A DNA stretch of 64,000 bases from assembly GCA_965197825.1 (NCBI GenBank), contig CBDANW010000002.1:873738-937737 (forward strand), given 5' to 3'. Positions within the stretch are counted from its first letter, which is position 1. Each line of letters starts with the position of its first letter. Below the pieces are notes generated by a model. That model searched no databases. It saw only the letters and a program-made list of their open reading frames with translations, and had not been told where the DNA came from. Origin of the DNA: Candidatus Marinacidobacterales bacterium. Lineage in GTDB: Bacteria; Acidobacteriota; Vicinamibacteria; Marinacidobacterales; DATDRI01. This document shows positions 1-8,565 of the stretch, piece by piece. The position numbers and the translations under genes were made by a program.

Positions 1-200
1 ATCGCCGTTATGTCGCAGGTTTCTAGAAGTTCTTTGCGAAATAGCCTATATGATGGATTTTCCAACACACCATCTGGCTGTATCACGCACGCACGGCCAC
101 CGATCTTGAGCGGTTCCCTGATTCTGCAAAGGAACGCAATCTCAGTTCTGCAAGTCGATACAGCCGAGGTGTTTGCCTTGATCGTGCCAGCACCATATGG
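1..200 (-). pseudogene. Internal fragment of an N6-adenine DNA methyltransferase (HsdM / N-6 DNA methylase), cut at the NPPY motif
   Basis: Not in the ORF track. My minus-strand translation from 200 down: PYGAGTIKANTSAVSTCRTEIAFLCRIREPLKIGGRACVIQPDGVLENPSYRLFRKELLETCDITA, matching the (NP)PY...LKxGGRAxVIxPDGVL...RKxLLE pattern. Continues off the window edge. Confidence 0.75.
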
Positions 201-563
201 TTAGCGGTGAAGGTGCTTGCGGCTAAGGCGGTGAAACGTGCCTTTGTGAGCACGCTTCAACATCGACCAGAAACTCTCGATCCCATTCGTGTGAACGTCG
301 CCCTTGACGTACTCGTAGACCGAGTGCCGCACTGTTTCGTGATTCGTGAGTGTCGTGTAGGCTTTCGCGTCGTCGGTGTAGACCGGAGCCTCGACCGAAA
401 CCTTGCTGTGAATGAAGCCTTGTAGAGTCTCGGCGGTCGTGTCGTTGACGACCTTGGCCGAGACCTTATTGGTCCGGCGATCCTTCACCCCCACGATGGC
501 GGTTTTACCAGCAGGCCCACGGCCTGTCAACTGCTTCCTCTTGGACTTACTCATGTTCCGGCG
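201..563 (-). mobile_element. IS1595-family transposase, C-terminal piece (truncated at KHLHR)
   Basis: RRNMSKSKRK...GRGPAGKTAIVG...VYTDD...VHTNGIESFWSMLKR...KHLHR is the IS1595-type DDE region. It forms the 3' part of chimeric ORF 201..1343. Confidence 0.9.
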
Positions 564-1772
564 GCAGTTCGTCGTCTTGAACGAACGGCCCAGCACCGCG
601 TGCACGCCGAGTCGATGCAACGTCAGCGTCTCCTCGAGGCCTTCCTCCAGGCTGCCAGCTGCGGATTGGTTCCGCTCTTCTAACTCACCGTGGAGTTGCT
701 CGAGCGCAGTGAGGGCCTCTTCGTACTCCGGCCTGTTGTAGGCCCACTGGAGCCGCTTGCGCCATGACGCCTGCTCGCCCTTGGACAGGTAGCTCACTAC
801 GTTTTCACGTTTGTGCCACTGGCAGCGTTGTATCAGGGCCCGCTTACGGAATGCCTTCTTGACTGCCGCTTGGAGACCCTTGCCGCCGTCGATGATCACC
901 AGCAGACCCTGGGAGATATCGAGTCCCCGCTCGAGCAGTGAACGCAGGAACGGCGTCAACACCTGCCCGTTCTCCGTGTCCGTCTCCACGAAGCCCAAGA
1001 AGCGTTTTTCCCCGCAAAGCGTGATGCCCAGAGCCACGACCATCGTTGCCTCGGCGAATGTCTTCCCATCCAGAAACAGCGCCACCACATCCTCGCCGGT
1101 CAGATCCCGTTCCTGCATCTCCCGCAGCTTCGCAGCGCTCGCTTGCACGAACCCTCGGGACACCGTTGAGCGCGACAGCCCGATGGCGCCCGGAATCGCT
1201 TCCGCTGCCGCCTCGTAGTTGCGACAAGAGATTCCGTAGAGAACTCGTTTCAGCAGAAGATCATTCACCTCACCGCCGTGGCTCACCGCCTCGTAGCAGC
1301 GAAGCGGAATCTCTCCTCCCTCGATGCTCCGAACCCGTGGCACACGGATCGGTACCCGCTGGCCGCCAAGCCCTACCGTGCCCGGGTTGCTTCCGGGACG
1401 GCGACCGCGCTCCAGCTCGTCCTTGCGAGACTATCGCTCTCCCGCCAACGCCTTCACTCCGTCGTCGAGCAACTCGTGAACGTGCATTAGACCAAGGGGG
1501 ACCAACGAACGGATCATCTCTACCTTGGCGTCCAGCGCGAGTTCCCCGTAATCCTCGTGCCTCACCATCTCGACCTCACCCAAACGACGGGTAGTGGGGT
1601 CTTTTTAAAGACCCCACTACCAAACGACGCGACTTCTTGCGTTTATTGACCGAACGTAGCAGACTTCCCATCTCGGCTTCCTTTCTTCGCGGCTTGATTT
1701 TGTTTTGTCCAACGCCATCAAACCACGGGGTTTGGAGCCGTTTCAATTCCCAACTAAGATTGGCACACTTTC
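564..1772 (-). mobile_element. IS256-family element, left end and 5' part of the transposase (disrupted; lies in an inverted segment)
   Basis: Left TIR at 1772 (GAAAGTGTGCCAATCTTAGTTG). ATG at 1671. Motifs LFLDG, IIDGGKG, QRCQWHK, KTTNC. Interrupted by a 40-bp insertion at 1590-1629 and by an in-frame TAG. Confidence 0.9.
1590..1621. mobile_element. 32-bp TIR-only insertion footprint with an 8-bp target duplication
   Basis: GGTAGTGGGGTCTTT-TT-AAAGACCCCACTACC is a perfect 15-bp inverted repeat. It is flanked by AAACGACG at 1582-1589 and 1622-1629. Confidence 0.85.
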
Positions 1773-1915
1773 GCATGAAGCTCCACCGCGAGCTAGACGT
1801 AACCCAGAAAACTGCGTGGCATATGGCGCACCGCGTTCGCCGCGCATTAACTCAGAACGATGGGCCGCTATTCGAGGGTCCAGTCGAAGCCGACGAGAGT
1901 TATTTTGGAGGCCGC
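1773..1915 (+). mobile_element. IS1595-family transposase, middle piece (inverted relative to the other two pieces)
   Basis: MKLHRELDVTQKTAWHMAHRVRRAL...GPVEADESYFGGR continues the minus-strand piece ending ...KSVSSMK at 2185. Confidence 0.9.
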
Positions 1916-2184
1916 GCCTTGAGTCCGTCAATGCTCTCGTCGAGGAACGCTGCGCGAAGGTCGACCACTGGAAGAACTCGAGCCAACGCCAGCGCTGGTT
2001 GGCAACGGCGCTCGTAGACATCGAACCGCGCTTGAGGAAGATGGTGGGCTACCGCCATCTTCCCAAGCTTCGCGAAGCTCTCAAGCGGGAACTGAAGATC
2101 GAGGCGAAGACATCAACCGTATCGAAGAAGAAGGTCGCTTAAACGTGAGCCGTGGAGAGTTTCAACTAAGAATGGGCTTGACTC
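1916..2184 (+). mobile_element. IS256-family element, 3' end of the transposase and right TIR
   Basis: LESVNALVEERCAKVDHWKNSSQRQRW...KKKVA* (stop at 2142) continues KTTNC. Right end ...TTCAACTAAGAATGGGCTTGACTC, followed by target copy CTTCATGC. Confidence 0.9.
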
Positions 2185-2511
2185 CTTCATGCTCGACACG
2201 CTCTTTAGGTTAGTGGCTACGAGGTAAAGCACGTAGAGCCATGTGAGACAGTCCAGGGGACTCGACTGCATGAAGGTTCCGTATTTGACGCTAAAATCCT
2301 GCCGGCATTCCCGCTCGCGGCAACGGTATGGCATCGTCTTGTGCTTCATCTTCGTGTTGACGTTAGTTGATCCGCACTCTGGGCAGCAGATCCCTTCGGG
2401 CCACCTCTGGGCGATGAACCATTTTTCAGCTTTTTTCGCATCGAAGAGCTGGTAGAACTGTCGGGTAGGAAGTCCCACCCTAAAGTGTTTTCCTGGTGCC
2501 TGGCAAGCCAT
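2185..2511 (-). mobile_element. IS1595-family transposase, N-terminal Zn-ribbon piece
   Basis: RWPEGICCPECGS...YRCRERECRQDFSVKYGTFMQSSPL...W matches the IS1595 Zn ribbon. Broken at 2185 by the IS256. Confidence 0.9.
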
Positions 2512-2549
2512 TGTTTATCTCCTGTTTACTTGCCTATTTTATACTCGTG

Positions 2550-2963
2550 GCACTCTTCTTGGCGCCTCGAATGGTGACCCGCGTGCTGGAAACGATGCCT
2601 CGTTACGGCGTCGCGATCGGAATCGGCGCCGTGGCTCTGATAGCCACTCCTATCGCCATCGTCGTCGTTTGCCTCACCCTCGTCGGTCTTCCGGTAGGCT
2701 TGATCGCCTTGGCAGGTTACGCGCTGATCCTCTATTCAGCACAAGTGTTCGTCGGAGCCTGGGTAGGACAAGCGCCCCTGGGGCAGTCGAAGAGCAAGGG
2801 CGAGTCCATCGGTCGGCTCGCGCTGGGTCTCGCCATTATCCACATCGCCATCCTGGTACCCATCGTGGGTGGTATCGCGAGCCTTGGGGTGGCCCCGTGG
2901 GGAGTCGGCGCCTTCGTCCTGGCCCTTATGCAGCCTCCTCGTTCCGAGGTGGTGCCTACCTGA
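2550..2963 (+). pseudogene. C-terminal four-helix membrane fragment of a hypothetical protein; 5' part lost next to the IS1595
   Basis: Hydrophobic ORF (…CLTLVGLPVGL…ILVPIVGG…GVGA). The 5' end of the track ORF lies inside the IS1595 leader. Confidence 0.55.
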
Positions 2964-2992
2964 CCGCGAAGACCGCGAAGATCGCCAAGACC
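2964..2992 (+). repeat. Short 9-bp-period tandem repeat (CCGCGAAGA)x3, degenerate
   Basis: ccgcgaaga ccgcgaaga tcgccaaga cc, just after the stop codon. Confidence 0.6.
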
Positions 2993-3054
2993 GTGCCTCT
3001 GGTGCTATACCCTTGACTGGCGCGAGGATATGAGCCAACCTTGCCGGAACATCG

Positions 3055-3546
3055 ATGGTACTCCGAGCGATTCAGCAGTTCTTCGACACACAGATTCAGC
3101 CCGCCGCCAGCGAGACCTCGAGGACGGACTCGAGCTCTTCGCAGCACAGCCTACAACTGGCGACCGCGGCGCTCCTCATCGAAATGACCCGCGCAGACTT
3201 CAAGGTCGAGGAGAGCGAGCGGCGCATGGTGGGCGAGGCGGTCAGCAAGGCCTTCGATCTGACGCCGGAAGAGACCGCGGAGCTCGTCCGTCTAGCCGAG
3301 GAGGAGTCTCGGCAATCCGTCTCTATCTACGACTTCACGCGTCTCGTCGATCGTGGCTTCTCCTTCGAGCAGAAAAAAGATATCGTCGAGCTACTGTGGC
3401 GGGTGGCTCTCAGTGATGCCGAATTGGAAAAACACGAAGAGTATCTCGTTCGGAAGATCGCGAAGTTGATTCACGTTCCACATCAAGACTTCATCGACGC
3501 GAAACTGAAAGCGAAGGAGACTCTACGACGCGAGGCGTCGGATTAG
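3055..3546 (+). CDS. TerB family (tellurite resistance / DjlA N-terminal-like) protein
   Basis: LATAALLIEMTRAD...LWRVALSDAELEKHEEYLVRKIAKLI pattern. Confidence 0.85.
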   Translation: MVLRAIQQFFDTQIQPAASETSRTDSSSSQHSLQLATAALLIEMTRADFKVEESERRMVGEAVSKAFDLTPEETAELVRLAEEESRQSVSIYDFTRLVDRGFSFEQKKDIVELLWRVALSDAELEKHEEYLVRKIAKLIHVPHQDFIDAKLKAKETLRREASD

Positions 3547-3648
3547 CAGGGTGCTAGACGGAGGACATCGGCACCCTGCGCGAGCGGAGCGAGCCTGGCG
3601 CGAATGCGCCGACGAAGGCGCAGGCCGTGGGGGTGGGGCCCCGCGGCA
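3546..3648. repeat. REP-like intergenic palindromic element between convergent genes
   Basis: GCAGGGTGC...GCACCCTGC hairpin (3546-3579), then GCGAGCGGAGCGAGCC...GGGGTGGGGCCCC. Confidence 0.55.
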
Positions 3649-4725
3649 CTAAGCAGTAGATGCCTCGAGAGCCTCGCAGATGAAGGCCCCCACGTCCTTT
3701 GTGGAACGAGCCCGATCCGAGCCCACAAGGTCGGCGGTCAAGACACCATCCTGGATAGCTAACCCGACCGCTTTTTCCACAGCCGCCGCTTCCTCTTCGA
3801 GATCGAAGGAGTAGCGGAGCATCATGGCCATTGACGCAATCGCACCCATGGGGTTTGCGATCCCCCTTCCCGCGATATCGGGAGCCGAGCCGTGTACCGG
3901 CTCGTAGATGCCGACGGTGCCTCCGATGCTCGCAGACGGGAGCAGCCCCAAAGACCCAGCCAGTACCGACGCCTCGTCGCTCAGGATGTCACCGAAGAGG
4001 TTGCCGGTCACAATGACGTCGAATTGTCGCGGGTTCGAAATGAGCTCCATCGCCGCCCGATCGACGTACATGTGATCCAGTTTCACCTTGGGATAGTCCT
4101 TCCCCACCGATTCCACGACATCGCGCCACATCTTCGAGGACACGAGCACGTTGGATTTGTCGACCGAGGTGAGGTGAGCCCGCCGACCCTGAGCGGCTTC
4201 GAAGGCGACCCGGGCTATCCGCTCGACCTCCTCTGACGTGTAGACCAGCGTGTTCCACGCCCGAGAGCCCTTACCGTCGTCGTCCCTTCCCCGCGGCTCT
4301 CCGAAGTAGATCCCTCCGATCAGCTCTCGTACGATCAGCAGATCGATGTTCTCGAGCGCTTCATCGCGGAACGGGGACTGCGGAGGGTTGAACTGCGCGA
4401 CAATCGGCCGAAGGTTGGCAAAGTTGCCCAGGATACGCCGAAGCTCCAGAAGGGCCGCCTCCGGGCGCTCGCTGGGCGGGAGGTTGTCGAAGCTCGGGTC
4501 CCCCACGGCACCCAGCAACACGGCCCCGCTGCCGAGACAGGCCTTCCGCGTCTCCTCGGGGAAAGCCTTGCCCGAGCGCGCGGCGGCCCCGGTTCCAAAG
4601 GGAAACTCCTTGGCCTGTAGCTGATGACCGAACCGTTTCGTAACGACCTCGAGCACGCGAAGCGCCTCCGCGGTGACTTCCGGTCCAATCCCGTCTCCGG
4701 GTAGCACTGCGATATCAAGCTTCAT
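3649..4725 (-). CDS. leuB: 3-isopropylmalate dehydrogenase
   Basis: IAVLPGDGIGPEV, VRELIGGIYFG, NLFGDILSDEAS, YEPVHGSAPDIAG, ANP. Confidence 0.97.
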   Translation of the reverse strand: MKLDIAVLPGDGIGPEVTAEALRVLEVVTKRFGHQLQAKEFPFGTGAAARSGKAFPEETRKACLGSGAVLLGAVGDPSFDNLPPSERPEAALLELRRILGNFANLRPIVAQFNPPQSPFRDEALENIDLLIVRELIGGIYFGEPRGRDDDGKGSRAWNTLVYTSEEVERIARVAFEAAQGRRAHLTSVDKSNVLVSSKMWRDVVESVGKDYPKVKLDHMYVDRAAMELISNPRQFDVIVTGNLFGDILSDEASVLAGSLGLLPSASIGGTVGIYEPVHGSAPDIAGRGIANPMGAIASMAMMLRYSFDLEEEAAAVEKAVGLAIQDGVLTADLVGSDRARSTKDVGAFICEALEASTA

Positions 4726-4761
4726 GATTCCTCAGTAACACAAAAAAATAGGGCGCAACAT

Positions 4762-4789
4762 AAAAAATAGGGGGCGCCTAGGGCGCCCC
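4762..4789 (-). terminator. Intrinsic terminator inside the leuB 5' leader (attenuator-like)
   Basis: Minus strand GGGGCGCC-CTA-GGCGCCCC followed by CTATTTTTT, about 36 nt upstream of the leuB ATG. Confidence 0.7.
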
Positions 4790-4816
4790 ATGTACCTATG
4801 CCGAGAAACCGAGGGA

Positions 4817-4903
4817 CTATGTGGAGTTGTTAATGTGGAGAATGAAATAGCAGACAGATATAGCGGCTTCGATCGTTGGATGGGTATGGCACCGTATTAT
4901 CAT
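4817..4903 (-). CDS. Candidate leader peptide, 28 aa (MIIRCHTHPTIEAAISVCYFILHINNST)
   Basis: GAGG about 11 nt upstream of the ATG. Six Ile codons. Stop is 27 nt before the terminator stem. Confidence 0.35.
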   Translation of the reverse strand: MIIRCHTHPTIEAAISVCYFILHINNST

Positions 4904-4997
4904 AAATAAACGGGCCTCATGTGGACCCTCGGTCTTATTAACCCAACAAAGGCACGAAACAAACCAGAAAAACAAAGCTAGGTTAATGGTAAAAAGC

Positions 4998-5027
4998 ATG
5001 ATAGTGGACCTTGCCCCATTCTGTCAA
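4998..5027 (-). promoter_or_regulatory. Sigma70-type promoter for leuB
   Basis: Minus strand TTGACA (5027-5022), 18-nt spacer, TATCAT (5003-4998). Confidence 0.7.
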
Positions 5028-5134
5028 GTCCTTCCTTCACCTTTTGCGAACCTAGCTCGGCCGCCCAGCTCCTGGGCTTCACCGGCACCTCGTGCGCTCT
5101 TTTAAGCGCATTGTTTTCAGCTATTTGGAATGTT

Positions 5135-5260
5135 CGCGATCCCAGCTATCATCGGTAGCAGTATCTGACCGACTTGGCCAACTACCTTGCCCGTAAGGCG
5201 AGTGCGTTTGCTTTCTTACTGGCTTCTTCGGATTTCCTAGGCATTGGTGGCTCCTTGTCC
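5135..5260 (-). mobile_element. 126-bp fragment of the IS256-family element at 52288 (RBS and first codons of the transposase)
   Basis: Reverse complement matches 52378-52501 apart from two single-base insertions. Confidence 0.9.
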
Positions 5261-5552
5261 ACACTCCCTTGCCAAGTGTTGTCAACGGATATTTGCCATT
5301 TCTGCGCAATTTAGACATCATTACATAGAATATATGCCATTAGATCAAGATCGATCCAGAGAAATTACACAATATGTACATATCGATGGTCATCGGACTC
5401 GGTAGGGTGAGTGCCGTATGTCGACACCTACAAAGCGGCGGAGTTCCCCGCCAGAGGCGTACGGGCAACCAAAACCCCTACCCTCTTGAGCCGCCGCCCG
5501 GTCTTGAGTTTTGAGCTGTGAGCCAGAGCCAGACGTTCGCGGGGCCGCAGTC

Positions 5553-6485
5553 GTGAAACCTCACCCCGTGTCCGATGGCCAGCAACTCCACGAGATCCAG
5601 AGCCTGATCGAAAAGCTGCATGAGAAATACCGGACGCTGACAGACGGCCAGGTGGCGGCCTACATTCCGGAGTTGAGCAGGGCGAACCCGGAACATTTCG
5701 GGCTCCGTCTGGTGACGACAGATGGACAGATCTTCGAGACCGGCAACTGCGACGTGCCCTTCACGATTCAATCTATTTCCAAGCCCTTTGTCTTCGCAGC
5801 GGCGACACCTTCAACTCGATTGACCTTCAGGACCGCACAAACCGTCCGCACAATCCGATGATCAACTCCGGTGCCATCACGGTGACCGCGATGCTGCACG
5901 CAGCGCATGGCGCCCGCGCGGCTGAGGAAGTGCTAGACCGATTGAGCGCAGCCGCGGGCCGGCAGCTGGTGATCGATCAGGCGGTGTACGAGTCCGAGCG
6001 CCACACCGGTCATCGCAACCGTGCGATTGCACACCTGCTACTGAACTTTGGCATGATCCCGAAAGACGCCGAAGCCGCCCTCGACGTCTACTTCAAACAG
6101 TGCTCCATACTCGTAACCTGCCGCGATCTGGCGGTCATGGGAGCGACGCTGGCCAACATGGGCCTGAACCCCATCACGGGCCAGCCCGCGTTCGACATCC
6201 GATGTGTGAAGGACATGCTGTCGGTCAATGTTCACGTGCGGGATGTACGACTATTCGGGTCAGTGGGCCTACCGGGTGGGCGTACCGGCCAAGAGCGGCG
6301 TAAGCGGCGGGGTGCTGGCGGTTGTGAACCGACAACTGGGCATCGCCACTTACTCGCCGCGCCTCGACTCTCACGGCAACAGTTGCCGCGGCGTCGAGGT
6401 GAGCACCGAACTGGCCGCCAGCCTCGGGCTTCACGTCTTCGACTGCGGGAACTCCGGCTCGAACTTTCTGGGCGGAATTCTGTGA
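5553..6485 (+). pseudogene. glsA: Glutaminase A, disrupted (internal deletion near 5796, frameshift near 6226)
   Basis: GQVAAYIPELSRANP, FTIQSISKPF, SGDTFNSI...NPMINSGAI, YFKQCSI, TCGMYDYSG...PAKSGVSGG, SPRLDSHGNS are spread over three frames. Confidence 0.9.
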
Positions 6486-6561
6486 TCCCGACACGCGGTT
6501 GAGGCGGACATCGCGGGTCGCCGCCGGTGGAGGACGCTCTACTCTAGTGTTCAGAGGCGGC

Positions 6562-8472
6562 TCAATGGACGATCGCGTCTTCGGGGATCAGGCTCCTCCC
6601 GGGTAGCTCGGGTGGCTTCGGCAAGCCCAGGATATCGAGTACTGTCGGCGCGATGTCGATCCCCCGTACACGAGACCATCTAGTACCGGGCGGCACGGCC
6701 GGGCCCCATCCCGCACAGATCGCCAGCATGTCCCTGCGGGTGGGGACGAAGATATGGTTGCCTACTGGAGTGGTGAAGGACGCCACCTCGTCCGTGTCGG
6801 TACGATCGGAGAAGTAGTAACCGCGAGCGATATCTGGAAACAGATCGCCGGTGCTACTGCCACCAGGCTGAAGAAGCCCTTCGGTCGAGGGCTCGAAGAA
6901 ACCTCTAACCACTCGCTCGTTGTCCTGATCCCGGACCTGCTCCAAGGCACGGCGAACCTGAGCGAGGACGGCCTGCTTTTCTTCCATGGGGACGATGCCT
7001 CCCTTGCGCTCGACGGTATTCACGGCCACAGATGAGTCGACGAGCGGCAAGAGAAGTGCCCTGGTCCGGGAAAGATCGATGGAGCGGTCGGCATTGAGCG
7101 CCAGGAAACCGGCGTCGGCAAGCGCGATATTCACGTTGAGGGTCCGATCCGTGCCTGCCATTCCGTGATCGGCAACGACGATGACGTGCGCCCCATCCTC
7201 GGCCGCGTACTCCATCACCTTCCCCAGAAGCTGGTCCTGCAGCTCGAACGCCGCCGCCAGCATCGGCCAGACCTTCTCTGCCAATGCCGCATCGAAACGG
7301 GGCATCTCGGGATCGACATACCCGACGAGCGTGTGGCCCAGCTCATCGGTTACCGGTGAGGACATGATGAGCAGTCGATAATCGCGTTCGCGCAGAACAC
7401 GCTCTACTTGACGGCGGATCTGGTCTTGCAGGTGTGCTTCTGTGTCTATCAGGCGCCTCTCCGCCGTGCCGTCCCCACCGGCCATTAGAGTTGGTCCGAA
7501 CTGCCCCGTCAGGTAGAACCGATCCCCGCCGTTCGCCGCGAACGCCTCGATGTCGGCTTCGCCGATGCCGGGGAAGTCTTCCGAAGAAGCGTAGATGGCC
7601 TGCGCGCTCGATCGGTAGATCACGAAACGCGATCCGGTTTCATCCAAATCGAAGAGTCGCAACGCGAACCAAAGCTCCTCACCCTGCAACGTCGTCGAGA
7701 TGGGCACGGAAAAGGACTCTCCCTCCCCCGGCTTGACGCGGGCCGAGAACTCGGTGGCGAGTTTGTCCGTGACGATCCCGAGCGTGTCGCACCCGATCGC
7801 TGGATCGAAAGGATCGTCGAAGAACACTCCCCAGAAGACTCGGTCACCCACCTGGAAGGTTATCTCTCGAGCTTCGGGTCCGGCCGCTTCGGGAATGCCC
7901 CAGTTCCAAGCCGGCGCCGTCGTCACCCGTTTATCGGTCAGAACGTCGGACGTCACGCGAAGACCGGAGTACCCGTAAAGCATGCGGAGATTCCTCGCCT
8001 CATCGGCGCTCAATCGATCCAGACTCTTTTCGAAGGGATAGGACTGCGGGGCGTGAAACGTGTAGGTCATCAAGCCCGCGCGCGCCGTTCTGACCCAGAG
8101 CGGATCGACGCGCAGTGGGTGGGAGAAGAAGCCCGTTTCCCGTTCCAGTCGCGTGTGATCGCTGGGCGGCGACCGAAGAAGGAAGTTCCCGGTGATGCCA
8201 CTGGTGTGCCCGTAGACCCCCGTCCAGAAGAGGGATTGCGCAGCCGCGGACTTGGTCGGGAAACTAGTAGTCATTCCATCCGACCAAGCCCCCTCGCCAA
8301 CCAAGTGCTGCAGGTTGGGAAGCCTCCCTTCCGCCAGCATCCGCGTCGTAATCCAGTGAGCAGCGCCGTCCCAGACAAAGAGAATGACTCGCGCAGGCGG
8401 TTCCTGGCTGAAAGCAAAGGACCTCGCCAGGAGAAAAGCCGCAAGAAGGCTGGCACTTGCTGCGATGCGCAC
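6562..8472 (-). CDS. Secreted alkaline-phosphatase-superfamily protein (nucleotide pyrophosphatase/phosphodiesterase-like)
   Basis: Signal peptide; metal and nucleophile motifs FVWDGA, FPTKS, DELGH, VADHG, GNH. Confidence 0.85.
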   Translation of the reverse strand: MRIAASASLLAAFLLARSFAFSQEPPARVILFVWDGAAHWITTRMLAEGRLPNLQHLVGEGAWSDGMTTSFPTKSAAAQSLFWTGVYGHTSGITGNFLLRSPPSDHTRLERETGFFSHPLRVDPLWVRTARAGLMTYTFHAPQSYPFEKSLDRLSADEARNLRMLYGYSGLRVTSDVLTDKRVTTAPAWNWGIPEAAGPEAREITFQVGDRVFWGVFFDDPFDPAIGCDTLGIVTDKLATEFSARVKPGEGESFSVPISTTLQGEELWFALRLFDLDETGSRFVIYRSSAQAIYASSEDFPGIGEADIEAFAANGGDRFYLTGQFGPTLMAGGDGTAERRLIDTEAHLQDQIRRQVERVLRERDYRLLIMSSPVTDELGHTLVGYVDPEMPRFDAALAEKVWPMLAAAFELQDQLLGKVMEYAAEDGAHVIVVADHGMAGTDRTLNVNIALADAGFLALNADRSIDLSRTRALLLPLVDSSVAVNTVERKGGIVPMEEKQAVLAQVRRALEQVRDQDNERVVRGFFEPSTEGLLQPGGSSTGDLFPDIARGYYFSDRTDTDEVASFTTPVGNHIFVPTRRDMLAICAGWGPAVPPGTRWSRVRGIDIAPTVLDILGLPKPPELPGRSLIPEDAIVH

Positions 8473-8565
8473 AGTGGGATTCTACACCGGAGACCGACCC
8501 ATCTCGTGATCTTCCGGCGGGTGCTCGATGAAGTGCCGGTGATGCTTGGTGATAGAATTTGGTCA

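Noticed and set aside
201..1343. Novel hybrid transposase family
   Set aside because: Fully explained by an inversion joining IS256 and IS1595 pieces; the IS256 part is also broken upstream.
4817..4999. 60-aa ORF upstream of leuB as a full gene, or a T-box riboswitch
   Set aside because: Its ATG falls in the -10 box, so only the internal 28-codon ORF is plausible. No T-box GGTGGNACC consensus was found.
8053..8565. Long N-terminal extension of the kinase ORF
   Set aside because: It overlaps the opposite-strand phosphodiesterase gene; the kinase domain starts at ATG 8566.
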